DNA of 64,000 bases from Pseudomonadota bacterium (GCA_040386355.1 JAZKFP010000056.1:50960-114959); one strand, 5' to 3'; positions 36,491 to 45,756 are shown, numbered from the stretch's first letter. The notes: generated by a model from the sequence alone, not told the origin. A program made the numbers and translations.

Positions 36491-36522
36491 AAAAAAACGC
36501 CCCACCCGAAATGAGTGAGGCG
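36491..36522 (-). terminator. Strong intrinsic terminator immediately after the major capsid gene
   Basis: Minus strand: CGCCUCAC-UCAUUUCGG-GUGGGGCG (8 bp including one G-U) followed by U7. Confidence 0.75.
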
Positions 36523-36528
36523 AATTTA

Positions 36529-37461
36529 TTAGCCTTTGACGATAACGCCACTACCAATTGCAGTGTCATTAACCACTTGGAAGCCGAACACGTTCAAACC
36601 GCGAACATATTCACCAAACGAATTTTGGATTCGTAAGGTTTCCATTTTTTTCATTTGAGCAGCGAAAGTTAATGCTGATTTATGCCCAAAAACTGGGTAA
36701 AACTTACCAGCATCACCACCAGTGCCTTTGTGCATTAGATTGGTTTGATAAATCTTAAATCGATCAATCATTCCAACCATTCCATTGCGAATCGGTGATT
36801 TATCGTCACCGGTTAAATCGGCATTTTTTAAATCCGATTTCTTCAACATTCCAGAAGCCCAAACAGGCAACGTAAACCATCGGCCGTCATCAGGAATGTT
36901 TTGTTCGTCTAACACTGCGCCGCAATCAATAATCCAATCTAAAATATTATATTTAGTTAGGGTTACAGGTGCTGCGGTAGTACCTAAAATATAACCGCCT
37001 GATTCTGCACCAGCGGTTAAGCCAGTGTTTGCAGCCGCTACATCCGCATAAATAGAACTTAAAACTTCCTTATCAACTTCAATCGCCATTCCTTTTGACG
37101 TATCAGTTGACCAGCTATCAAGTTCTTTAATATCCGACTGGTATTTATCAATATCATCAATTTGAAACGCAAAAGTTTTAGCGTGTTCAATTTGCAAATC
37201 AATTAACGTTGAGTTTAATTTCTCATACGTAATTGTTCCGCCGATTTCATAATCGTTAATTGCAACATTTGGTCTAACACGAATTTTAACCGTGTCGCCC
37301 TGACCCTTAATTTCACCTTCATAATCCGTGTTTGAAATATCAGCAATCACACACGTTTTATAAAACTTAGGGGCTAACTTACTTGACCAAATTTGAGGAA
37401 TAAAACCAGACGTACCAGTTGAGTAGTTAACATAACCACTCGCACGCGTAATAACAGCCAT
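36529..37461 (-). CDS. Major capsid protein (310 aa)
   Basis: Position after the scaffold gene. N-terminus ..FIPQIWSSKLAPKFYKTCVIADISNTDYEGEIKGQGDTVKIRV.. and C-terminus ..FGEYVRGLNVFGFQVV.. match patterns I recall for HK97-fold coat proteins. A terminator follows it. Confidence 0.8.
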   Translation of the reverse strand: MAVITRASGYVNYSTGTSGFIPQIWSSKLAPKFYKTCVIADISNTDYEGEIKGQGDTVKIRVRPNVAINDYEIGGTITYEKLNSTLIDLQIEHAKTFAFQIDDIDKYQSDIKELDSWSTDTSKGMAIEVDKEVLSSIYADVAAANTGLTAGAESGGYILGTTAAPVTLTKYNILDWIIDCGAVLDEQNIPDDGRWFTLPVWASGMLKKSDLKNADLTGDDKSPIRNGMVGMIDRFKIYQTNLMHKGTGGDAGKFYPVFGHKSALTFAAQMKKMETLRIQNSFGEYVRGLNVFGFQVVNDTAIGSGVIVKG

Positions 37462-37509
37462 TCGACCTGCTCCAAAGCAAATCGAGCCTTAACGAACTGC
37501 GTTTTTTAT

Positions 37510-38562
37510 TTAAGGTTTAACGCGTCCGTCAGCAATAGCTCGATCAAATCTTGCTTTAGTTCTCTCGATCAGGTCAGGGTCAGTAATTCGGCCAGCAATG
37601 CAGTCGTCCGAAAACTTTTCCATTTCTTTACCGGTAACAAATTCAACTTTTTGTTCTACAGACGGACTCGAATCACCTTTCGATTTTGGAGATGTCATAG
37701 AACCTAATTGTCGTTTTTTTGCCACCGCATCAAGAGAACTCTCTTTTTGCAGGAGGCGATCAAACTCTAAATAATATTCAGCGGCGGTATCGAATTTTTC
37801 ATTCTGAAACGCTCGAACCATTGTCGTTTGACGAGGCTCACCGGTGAATCTGTCGACTTCTTTAAGCCAAGAAATAAATTGAGGATTTTTATCAATCGAA
37901 TTCCACTTTTCTTTGCCACCGGTTAAATCGTAAATGGCATTCATCGCTTCATCTTCAGTGATGACAGATGCTTGTTGTAGATCAGGCTTTTTCGCTTGGG
38001 CTTTAACTTTCGCTTTTTCTAAACCAAATTCTTTTGCAACATCATTTCTAATGGCTTGGAATAATTCAGGCTCATAACCGGCTGTATCGTCGTTAGACGC
38101 TTTCACCTTTAAAAGCTCAGCTTCAGCATAGTCCGCTCGCTCTCTTTCTTCTCGTAACGCTGCTTGAACTTCCTGCAAATTAACGGTTAATCGCTCATTT
38201 TTAGTTCGTTCAATTTTTGTTAGCGTTCTTTCACGCGGGAGTTCGGCGTCATATTTACCTTGCAAAATTTTAAATTTGTTTTCCCAATACGCATCATTTT
38301 TAGCGGGATCTTTTTCGCTATTTTCTGCAATATCTTCAGAAACAATTTCTTTTTGCTCTACAACTTCGGTCTGTTTTTCTTCCTCAATTTCTTGCAGAGC
38401 TGAGGGTTTATTTTCAGTGTTCTGCACTTCTTGTAATGCGCTGGTTTGTTCTTGAGTGTTGCCATCGTCTGGCAGCTCTTGATTCGCGGCGCCTTGGCTT
38501 AGATACTGAATTAAGCGTTCTGCTTCTGCTTCTTCAGCTTCTAATCGACTTTTAATATTCAT
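37510..38562 (-). CDS. Scaffolding protein (350 aa)
   Basis: Acidic, coiled-coil-rich protein between the portal and capsid genes. Confidence 0.6.
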   Translation of the reverse strand: MNIKSRLEAEEAEAERLIQYLSQGAANQELPDDGNTQEQTSALQEVQNTENKPSALQEIEEEKQTEVVEQKEIVSEDIAENSEKDPAKNDAYWENKFKILQGKYDAELPRERTLTKIERTKNERLTVNLQEVQAALREERERADYAEAELLKVKASNDDTAGYEPELFQAIRNDVAKEFGLEKAKVKAQAKKPDLQQASVITEDEAMNAIYDLTGGKEKWNSIDKNPQFISWLKEVDRFTGEPRQTTMVRAFQNEKFDTAAEYYLEFDRLLQKESSLDAVAKKRQLGSMTSPKSKGDSSPSVEQKVEFVTGKEMEKFSDDCIAGRITDPDLIERTKARFDRAIADGRVKP

Positions 38563-38667
38563 TTGATCGCGTCCTATTCAAGAGCTGCCAATTAAATTAA
38601 TGGCGGTGTTCTTGTATGAATTAAAAAATGTTCGAGCTATCGTTTTATTCGAGTAGTGTTCGAAGCA

Positions 38668-38898
38668 TTAATTTTTTTGTAGTTCGTCTTGTGCGGTTTC
38701 AATTTTTTTAATTAAAACTTCTACAAAACGGGCCTTGCCTTGTAAGAGCTGTACCTGCTCTTGCTTGGCGTTTCTTAATTGAATATCAGTTAGTTTTTGC
38801 TCTGTCAAAAGGAGTTTAAGCCACAGGTTTTTTTCACTTAATTTCATCGCCGCTAAATAGCGTAAAAACATTTCTTCATCTTCTGTACGCTTCGCCAT
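38668..38898 (-). CDS. Small coiled-coil protein (76 aa)
   Basis: Track ORF. Its start abuts the portal stop. Confidence 0.6.
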   Translation of the reverse strand: MAKRTEDEEMFLRYLAAMKLSEKNLWLKLLLTEQKLTDIQLRNAKQEQVQLLQGKARFVEVLIKKIETAQDELQKN

Positions 38899-41052
38899 TT
38901 AAACCACCTGAGCCTGATTTTGTGGTAATTGCTGCATATTAGGATCGTTCATCGGCTGACCTTGTGGAGGCATTAAACCGCCTTGTTTTGCTTGTACTAA
39001 CGCAAGCTGTTGGTCTTGTTCCATTTGTATTTTTTGCTGAATTGCTAAATCAATTGCATCGGGCGACTGCACAATTTTGTCAGGGTCTAATTCAAGCGTT
39101 TTTGCAGTTTCTTTTAATAAATAAGAACGCCCTGGAATACCCATTATTTGCGAGTCCATAGGGTTTAATGATCTATCCATAAATTCAGCACGGCGCATTC
39201 TCATCGTCTCTTTTTGCATTAATGAGGAAGAGCCACGAACTTTTACTTCTAAATCTGCACTTAAATGCAAATCAGGTTCAAACATTCGGTTGTGGTGATA
39301 TAAACGCCAAATCATTTTTTCAAATAAATTAACGTCAATATTTAACGCGACTTGTTTTAATCCTTTTGCGGCAGAATCCATAAGCATAGATAAACCAGAA
39401 GCCGTTCCTGCCGCGCCAGATTTTGAATCACCGCCATACTGGTATTTAGGAATCCCAGTTACTTCATCAGCAAGCAATGAAAAATGATTCATTACTTCTA
39501 ATAATTGGCTGGAATATAATTGCGGTTGAAAAAATTGCAGAGGCAAACTTGAATATTGCTGCGCCATAGATTCAGACGTATTAAACGCCCAGATTTTGAA
39601 TGGGTGGATGTTCGTAATATCTTCTTTAGGATCGATTTGTGCGACGTCAATACCAACCTGAGGACCTGCTGCAAACGCGACGTTATCCGCACATGAGCGC
39701 GCCGTAACGTTGACCATATCTTGGCAATCGCGCATCAGATAAGGCAAAGAAATTCCGTTACCCCAAAAGGTGCTTGAGTCAAACGGATTAACTTTATAAA
39801 TTGCTTTACGGTTTAGCGGGTCTTGATTTAATACGCATTTAAATACATCGCCACCGACAAACCACACTTCGGCGTCATAATATTCATCAGGAATAATTGA
39901 ATCGTTTGCAGCTTGTTCAAAATCGCCTTGATTTGCTGCCTGGCTTATTTGATCGGTGCGTTGCGTAATTCCGTACTCAATTAACATTTCACCGCTTAAT
40001 TTTCCTAAAAAGCGAAGCGCTGTAACTTGACCGCGTGACGTCCAAAAACTTGTGTCTTGTCCTTCTAATTGTTCGCGCTCTGAATCATTCGTATTTAACC
40101 AATCTGATCCACCGCCATTTTTATATTGTTCAATTATTTTTCGAACGGCTTCTTCTTTAACGCCTTCCAATCCAATCATCGAGCGCAAGTCACTTAATGA
40201 AACACGCTTAACAACAAACAAATCAACATCGTTAACATCGGCAATTCGCGGATCACAAGGATAAACATCAAAAGGACTAATACGCTCAAAGTCCACAAGC
40301 TGTGCATCTTCAACTTGAGGCTTGCTACCCTTACCGAATTTAAGCCTTTTTTGATTGCGGATAATCGGCGCTTCAAAAAACGCGGCGCAGTACGTTGATA
40401 GATCGTCGATAAAGAGCATGAATTCATTTTTAAAATTACTCTCCGCTATTTGATCCTCAATTTTCTGCGTCATTGCGTCAGCGCCTTTTCGCGCTTCTTC
40501 AAATATCTCTTTTTTTAATCGTTCTTTTGAGGCTTCAAGAACAGCTTGACCGGCGCTTTGCATATCCCAACCGTTTTGCATGAAAATATTTTGCAATTCC
40601 ATTGTCATTTGGTATGTCGTAATAGGATTTAATTCAGGTTGTGGCGTCGGATCGATCGTGAAAGGCATTTCACCGGAATTCATGAAAATATCTTTTAACC
40701 AAGCGGCCATTGATCGGCATTTAACGTCGGTTAACATCACAAAAATATTTGTTGATCCATCTTTAATAATTTGCGATTCCATCGACGAGGAATATTTGCC
40801 TTTCTTTTGACGCATACAGACTAATAATTCGTCTTTAATGTTGTTCTCTTTGCGCTGATGCGCATCACTCCAAAGCCCGTTTAAATGTGCCACAAGGCTT
40901 GAATATTTATCTTGCAGATCTTGCGCTTCCATTTCTTTTTGCATTTGCTGGTCGTAAATATTTTTTTGTTCTTCAGCACGCACAACATCCATAGCCGTTG
41001 CTTTTTGTAGCAAGCCATCAGCGGGCGGTAAAAATTGGAATAAATCGCTCAT
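38899..41052 (-). CDS. Portal protein (717 aa)
   Basis: Large ORF immediately downstream of TerL. Its size and its Gln/Pro-rich C-terminal tail are typical of P22-like portals. Called by synteny. Confidence 0.75.
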   Translation of the reverse strand: MSDLFQFLPPADGLLQKATAMDVVRAEEQKNIYDQQMQKEMEAQDLQDKYSSLVAHLNGLWSDAHQRKENNIKDELLVCMRQKKGKYSSSMESQIIKDGSTNIFVMLTDVKCRSMAAWLKDIFMNSGEMPFTIDPTPQPELNPITTYQMTMELQNIFMQNGWDMQSAGQAVLEASKERLKKEIFEEARKGADAMTQKIEDQIAESNFKNEFMLFIDDLSTYCAAFFEAPIIRNQKRLKFGKGSKPQVEDAQLVDFERISPFDVYPCDPRIADVNDVDLFVVKRVSLSDLRSMIGLEGVKEEAVRKIIEQYKNGGGSDWLNTNDSEREQLEGQDTSFWTSRGQVTALRFLGKLSGEMLIEYGITQRTDQISQAANQGDFEQAANDSIIPDEYYDAEVWFVGGDVFKCVLNQDPLNRKAIYKVNPFDSSTFWGNGISLPYLMRDCQDMVNVTARSCADNVAFAAGPQVGIDVAQIDPKEDITNIHPFKIWAFNTSESMAQQYSSLPLQFFQPQLYSSQLLEVMNHFSLLADEVTGIPKYQYGGDSKSGAAGTASGLSMLMDSAAKGLKQVALNIDVNLFEKMIWRLYHHNRMFEPDLHLSADLEVKVRGSSSLMQKETMRMRRAEFMDRSLNPMDSQIMGIPGRSYLLKETAKTLELDPDKIVQSPDAIDLAIQQKIQMEQDQQLALVQAKQGGLMPPQGQPMNDPNMQQLPQNQAQVV

Positions 41053-41057
41053 AATAA

Positions 41058-42713
41058 TTAGGCTCGTTTAGGTGTTGTCATTTGGCGGGATTTTTGGCTT
41101 GGCGGATTAATTCCCAGCGCTTTATTGCGATGCGGGTTCATAATTGGATGATTGCAAGCCATTTGCATAAATGCGTCAGCACCATGAGAAGCCCAATTGT
41201 GTAGGGGTGTTTCTTTCCAGGTCTGAGTTTTTGTGTTCCATTCTTTTTTATAATTTTCGAGCGCAATAATTCCGTCGTGACATTTATTTTCGTCGAATCG
41301 ACAAAAGCCAATAATCATGTGGCCAAGCGTAATTTGCGCTTCTTTTTCGATGACTTTCGTTGCGGTGAATTTGAGGTTGTAATTTGTTTTAGCGATCTGC
41401 ATTTTTGAACCATTTGCAGACCAATTGCGGTGTTTAATATCGTGCGGACCGAAATGCTGGTTATAGCGATAACCTAGGTCTCGTGTTTTATCTTTAATAA
41501 CTTGCGAGTAATGATCTAAATACAATTCGTTGTTGTGGTAATAATCGATGACGTGAATCATTGAGCCAACGGTTTGAGTAAACCAGATAGCAGTCGTATC
41601 GAGTCCTACGTCCCACCATGTATCGACGTTGTAAGCCGCGTTAAACGGTACAATTCCAATGCGACCATCAACATAAGCCCTTTCCATGGCGACTTTGAAA
41701 TAAGCGCCTTCTACAAATACTTCGAAAGCTTCTTTAGCAATTGTAGGAAATTCGCGCTTAATATTCGGGCCTAGCGTTTCTTCCTCTTTGATGTACCATT
41801 TTTGTTGCGCTTCGGTTAATACAATCTCATTCTCTTTTTCTAATTTAATAAAATACGCTTTAAATCGGTCATTAATTTCAACCGCTTTGCATTCTTCAGT
41901 ATTTAATTGATATTCGGGCGTCTCATACCATGGCGAGAATTGGAATTTAAAATCTTTTCGAGTCAGTGGAATATTATTTAAAGCACGTTGCTCAGCCTTA
42001 AGCGTCATTTCTGCGAAATAGCCTTCACGCCCTTCAGCAGTTGATTCAATAAATCCAACGCCGTTAATTGGTAGCGCTGGCAATGTTCCGGTAATTATCT
42101 CTTCAGCACGAATCGGGTATTTCTTACAGATCTTTCCGAACTCTGAAATTAATAACCACTGAGGCGTACCAGAACGAAATGACGTGCCTACTTGAATGCT
42201 TGAACCATTAGCGAATTTAACACCGGTTTGGGATTTAGATTTAATCGCTGAATAGTGCTTGAGCCAGTCCGGTAGATTCTCTAAAGCAAATAAAACTTTG
42301 TTTCTAAATAGTTCGCTAGCTTCTCTCGTACCGTGCGCAATAACGCCGCATGAGACGTTTGAATTAAAAAGACAGGTGTCAGAGAAGAGCAAGAGAATAA
42401 ACGTCGTAAAGCCTTGTTGGCGGGCTTTTAATACGAGGTTTCTTTTAGATACGTTCTTCAATAATTTACGTTGCGCCGCGTTCATTTTGAACTGAACAAG
42501 CTCACCGTCTTTGTTAATAATCTTGTATAAATTATCGAGACGCCACGCGCGACTTTTTAAACAGCGTTCAATCTTCTCTTCATTAGATAAAGTTGATAAA
42601 TCCAGCGGGATAACGTTATTTTTGCTTTTTTCAGGTGCGACATTTTTATGGACATTTTCTGCGACAATTGGCGAGTAATCGTGACGAATCTTAAACGCTG
42701 TCATCGAGTTCAT
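41058..42713 (-). CDS. Terminase large subunit (551 aa)
   Basis: Walker A variant ..RNLVLKARQQGFTTF.., Walker B-like ..WLLISEFG.., and a C-terminal nuclease-like half. It sits between the small-subunit candidate and the portal. Confidence 0.85.
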   Translation of the reverse strand: MNSMTAFKIRHDYSPIVAENVHKNVAPEKSKNNVIPLDLSTLSNEEKIERCLKSRAWRLDNLYKIINKDGELVQFKMNAAQRKLLKNVSKRNLVLKARQQGFTTFILLLFSDTCLFNSNVSCGVIAHGTREASELFRNKVLFALENLPDWLKHYSAIKSKSQTGVKFANGSSIQVGTSFRSGTPQWLLISEFGKICKKYPIRAEEIITGTLPALPINGVGFIESTAEGREGYFAEMTLKAEQRALNNIPLTRKDFKFQFSPWYETPEYQLNTEECKAVEINDRFKAYFIKLEKENEIVLTEAQQKWYIKEEETLGPNIKREFPTIAKEAFEVFVEGAYFKVAMERAYVDGRIGIVPFNAAYNVDTWWDVGLDTTAIWFTQTVGSMIHVIDYYHNNELYLDHYSQVIKDKTRDLGYRYNQHFGPHDIKHRNWSANGSKMQIAKTNYNLKFTATKVIEKEAQITLGHMIIGFCRFDENKCHDGIIALENYKKEWNTKTQTWKETPLHNWASHGADAFMQMACNHPIMNPHRNKALGINPPSQKSRQMTTPKRA

Positions 42714-43230
42714 CCCGATCTGCGTCTAGCGTTTTAGTTGAGCCATCGATTGCGCTTAGAATGGATGAAATAAAGTCAGGAATATTGCTGGCAGCTTCAT
42801 TCTCTTTCGTGTCGATCTTATCAAGCATGCCGATTGATTTAATGACGGCTTCTTTATCCGTGCCGATAAATACTTCTTTAGTATTTCCCTCTTCGTCTAC
42901 GATCGTTTCAATACCGCTCAAAGCCATATTCGCAACGGCTGTTAATGCGTGACGTTTGAAGAAATCACTTGATAATGTGCGCGACAACATTAATTCACGA
43001 TGCTTTGCTAACGTATCTCTCAAGCCGCCTTCTTTCATCATGGCTTTTGCTAATTTAACAATTGCCGAATAACTCGCGCCTTTTTCATCTTGTGACGCGG
43101 CGTTGTACGCTTTATAAATCGATCCCGTTTCAGCAAACGTTATAAAAAACGCTTGATGCTCATCGCTCATTGCGTCGAATAATTCTGAGAGTTCGGGATT
43201 AGCGAATGAGTCGCTCATGACTAACGACAT
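42691..43230 (-). CDS. Putative terminase small subunit (179 aa)
   Basis: Acidic protein directly upstream of, and overlapping, TerL. Called by position only. Confidence 0.5.
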   Translation of the reverse strand: MSLVMSDSFANPELSELFDAMSDEHQAFFITFAETGSIYKAYNAASQDEKGASYSAIVKLAKAMMKEGGLRDTLAKHRELMLSRTLSSDFFKRHALTAVANMALSGIETIVDEEGNTKEVFIGTDKEAVIKSIGMLDKIDTKENEAASNIPDFISSILSAIDGSTKTLDADRDELDDSV

Positions 43231-43706
43231 TAGCTAAGCCCCATGCATTGCTTGAATTCTTTTTGACGCCTAATTATTAATCCTGGAATTTGTTTTCCCT
43301 TTGATTTAGTCCAGCGAAGCATCTCAAGACAAGCGCCCTCGTAATCTTGAGTATTTAATTTTTTAACAAGTGTTGAATTGCAAAATGCTGTTGAACCTAC
43401 GTTATACGTAAATGAAACAAGCGAATCGTATTCATGCTGTGCTAGCGGTACTTTCACACAGCTTTTAATTGAACCTTCAAAAGTACTAACGTCGTTAAGT
43501 GCGCGTGATACAGCGTTAACCGGATCAATTCGTTGCCCCATCTGTACGCCGTGAGTCGTTCCAAATCCAAGCGTTGGAACATCTCCAGGGATTGGAATGT
43601 AGGCTTTATCTGAATAGCCTTCATGAATTATTAATCCAAGAAATGCGCTAGCTGAGATAGCGAGAGAAGCGATTGAGATTCGTAATTTAGAGCGCGGCTC
43701 AATCAT
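43230..43706 (-). CDS. Endolysin, T4/lambda-type lysozyme fold (GH24-like) with N-terminal signal-anchor (SAR-like)
   Basis: ..IHEGYSDKAYIPIPGDVPTLGFGTTHG.. gives Glu, Asp and Thr spacing. EYDSLVSFTYNVGSTAF.. is also present. The N-terminal weakly hydrophobic helix is ISIASLAISASAFLGLII. Confidence 0.85.
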   Translation of the reverse strand: MIEPRSKLRISIASLAISASAFLGLIIHEGYSDKAYIPIPGDVPTLGFGTTHGVQMGQRIDPVNAVSRALNDVSTFEGSIKSCVKVPLAQHEYDSLVSFTYNVGSTAFCNSTLVKKLNTQDYEGACLEMLRWTKSKGKQIPGLIIRRQKEFKQCMGLS

Positions 43707-44173
43707 TGTGATGACCTACTGCCGAACCACCAAGTGACAGCGGTTGTGGTTAGAAACACAGTTGAATTAATTGCCTCAGCGAACAGCTCAGGTGGAATTT
43801 CTGCGCCTGCTGTAAATAATTTGTATGAGATAGAAGTTTGCTGAATTAATAAATAACAAGTAATAAGAGGACGCATTAAGCCGCGTATAGCGTCGATGTA
43901 TTGATTGCCGTATGTAGCTTTGTCTGATTCAAAACTTGCTTGTAATGAGGCTTCTCTTGCGTTAATTAAAGCAATTTCTTTTCCTGTCTCACCTTCAACG
44001 CGAGCTTTTTCTATTTGCTTATCGAAATGCCTTAAATCAATTTCACGCATTTTTAATTGATGCGCGTTTTCTTCTTTCTTACCGACGAACTCAAGACCGG
44101 CTTTGCTTAATGCGCCAATCGTTCCGAGAATCCCACCGCCTGCCGCTGAAGCTAATAAATCAAGCATTAGCAA
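43703..44173 (-). CDS. Putative holin / lysis membrane protein (156 aa)
   Basis: Hydrophobic N-terminal (LLASAAGGGILGTIGAL) and C-terminal segments. It overlaps the endolysin start. Confidence 0.5.
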   Translation of the reverse strand: MLMLDLLASAAGGGILGTIGALSKAGLEFVGKKEENAHQLKMREIDLRHFDKQIEKARVEGETGKEIALINAREASLQASFESDKATYGNQYIDAIRGLMRPLITCYLLIQQTSISYKLFTAGAEIPPELFAEAINSTVFLTTTAVTWWFGSRSSQ

Positions 44174-44630
44174 CCACCTTAAGACTTAACTCTTCAAGTC
44201 TCATCAGAGCAGTTAAAGCAGCCAGCGCTGATTGATTCGTTGCAAGCTTTGCGCTGAAAGATTGATCCGCGATGATCTTTGCGTTTTTACGATTAAGACA
44301 AGCGAAGTGATCTAATACATCCGATTCATTTTTAAGTTTTGCAGTCGTGTTGTGATATGCGTAGATGTTTGCAGTAGCAGCGCCGACAAGCATTGAAGTT
44401 GTAAACGTATCTAATTGCGTCATCTTTTCATTAATTAAATAACTAATGACGAAATGATCTGTTATTGAAGCTGCGATAACTTGCCCTAGCGTTTTAATTG
44501 CGGCCGGCAATTTATCTATATCAATTACTGACTCGTGAACTAATTCCCCGCTCTGATTAACAGACACAATAGAAACCGCGTCTTTATCGCAAAACACGGC
44601 AGTTAGATGCGGATCATCAAGATTCTTCAT
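44160..44630 (-). CDS. Hypothetical protein (156 aa), first gene of the late operon
   Basis: Track ORF. No motif. Confidence 0.65.
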   Translation of the reverse strand: MKNLDDPHLTAVFCDKDAVSIVSVNQSGELVHESVIDIDKLPAAIKTLGQVIAASITDHFVISYLINEKMTQLDTFTTSMLVGAATANIYAYHNTTAKLKNESDVLDHFACLNRKNAKIIADQSFSAKLATNQSALAALTALMRLEELSLKVVANA

Positions 44631-44847
44631 GCGTTCAACTCACATTTTTATAGATGTTAATTGACGCTATCAGTTAAAAAATCGAAATTCAAAAGGAGTT
44701 ATATATTGATAAAATCGATAATTGATTGGCTTATATATCGGAAAAACAAATATACAAGACTAACAAATGGGGGAAATATATCGATAGGACTTAATTGTGA
44801 AATCGTGGCGATATTAGATTAAAGGAATGTATTTCCAAATTCCCCAA

Positions 44848-44913
44848 ATAGAAGTAGGTAATCTCAGATAGAAGTAGGTTATGGAAGTAGGCTCACATTA
44901 AATAGAAGTAGGT
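44848..44913. repeat. Four direct copies of a 12-mer ATAGAAGTAGGT (third copy ATGGAAGTAGGC)
   Basis: Copies lie at 44848-44859, 44868-44879, 44881-44892 and 44902-44913, in the intergenic region between the late operon and the moron island. Confidence 0.85.
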
Positions 44914-44946
44914 AAACTCTCGCTTTATGCTTCCTTGTGAGCAAAT

Positions 44947-45030
44947 CTTATTTCATTGCAAATCGATTTGAGCATCCCGCAATACATCAAACCATTGTTA
45001 TCTATAGATTTTCTTATTTCATCGCAAACC
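44947..45030. repeat. Two direct 18-bp repeats CTTATTTCAT(T/C)GCAAA(T/C)C
   Basis: 44947-44964 and 45013-45030, 16 of 18 identical, 66 bp apart. Confidence 0.7.
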
Positions 45031-45072
45031 ATGGTAAAGATAAATTATTTAATAAATATTCAAAATAAACCA

Positions 45073-45101
45073 TTGACACACCGGACGAAACGCCCTATAT
45101 T
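45073..45101 (+). promoter_or_regulatory. Near-consensus sigma70 promoter of the plus-strand moron island
   Basis: TTGACA (45073-45078), a 17-nt spacer, then TATATT (45096-45101). Confidence 0.65.
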
Positions 45102-45147
45102 TAAATCATGAAAATAACGCGAGATCACAAGCAAAGGAGATGAAATT

Positions 45148-45381
45148 ATGAAAAAACTTAACAAAAATTTTGTTGAAATTATTGAGCACATAAAAGCAGC
45201 TACAAGTATCGATATTAGCCAAATATCATTGGTATCTAATAAGCCAAAGACCTTTTTTCAAGTTGATCAATCTAAATTAAGTGATTTTGAAAAAAGAATG
45301 ATTCTAGATGCTGAGTGGCGCTATAAAAAATTCAGAATTGAAAATAACGGCTTTTTGGGCTGGGCTTTGTTAGCCGCTTAA
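45148..45381 (+). CDS. Hypothetical protein (77 aa)
   Basis: RBS AAGGAG. First gene after the promoter. Followed by the hairpin AGGGAC-N10-GTCCCT. Confidence 0.65.
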   Translation: MKKLNKNFVEIIEHIKAATSIDISQISLVSNKPKTFFQVDQSKLSDFEKRMILDAEWRYKKFRIENNGFLGWALLAA

Positions 45382-45450
45382 TTTTTAACCCAGGGACATC
45401 AAACGAGGTCCCTTTCAACCACCCACTAAAACATCATATGAGGTTTTACA

Positions 45451-45609
45451 ATGAACAAACTACTGCTCACGCTCATTCTAATTATTGCAAACCTAATTGT
45501 TTTTAAAGTCAGCTTCTTACTCGGCTGTTTAATGCTTATATCTGAGGCTTTTATTATCGGTGACGCTCTCGTGTTCCATGTTCGCAACTCAAGAGGTGTA
45601 GCACGATGA
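45451..45609 (+). CDS. Hydrophobic microprotein (52 aa); not in ORF track
   Basis: GAGG lies 7 nt upstream. Sequence MNKLLLTLILIIANLIVFKVSFLLGCLMLISEAFIIGDALVFHVRNSRGVAR*. Stop/start overlap (ATGA) with the next ORF. Confidence 0.55.
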   Translation: MNKLLLTLILIIANLIVFKVSFLLGCLMLISEAFIIGDALVFHVRNSRGVAR

Positions 45610-45749
45610 ACTCACTATTCCCAAACGCTCGTGGTTCTTTCGCAATTCTATCAATCGCATGTTGCTGCTTAGTGGCTTTACAAGAACCTAAAATATTTTC
45701 AGCTATGGCGCTTATGGCTCTTGCTGTAGCCATGCTTAGATCAAACTGA
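45606..45749 (+). CDS. Hydrophobic microprotein (47 aa); not in ORF track
   Basis: Sequence MNSLFPNARGSFAILSIACCCLVALQEPKIFSAMALMALAVAMLRSN*. Translationally coupled to the previous ORF. Confidence 0.5.
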   Translation: MNSLFPNARGSFAILSIACCCLVALQEPKIFSAMALMALAVAMLRSN

Positions 45750-45756
45750 GGATTCA

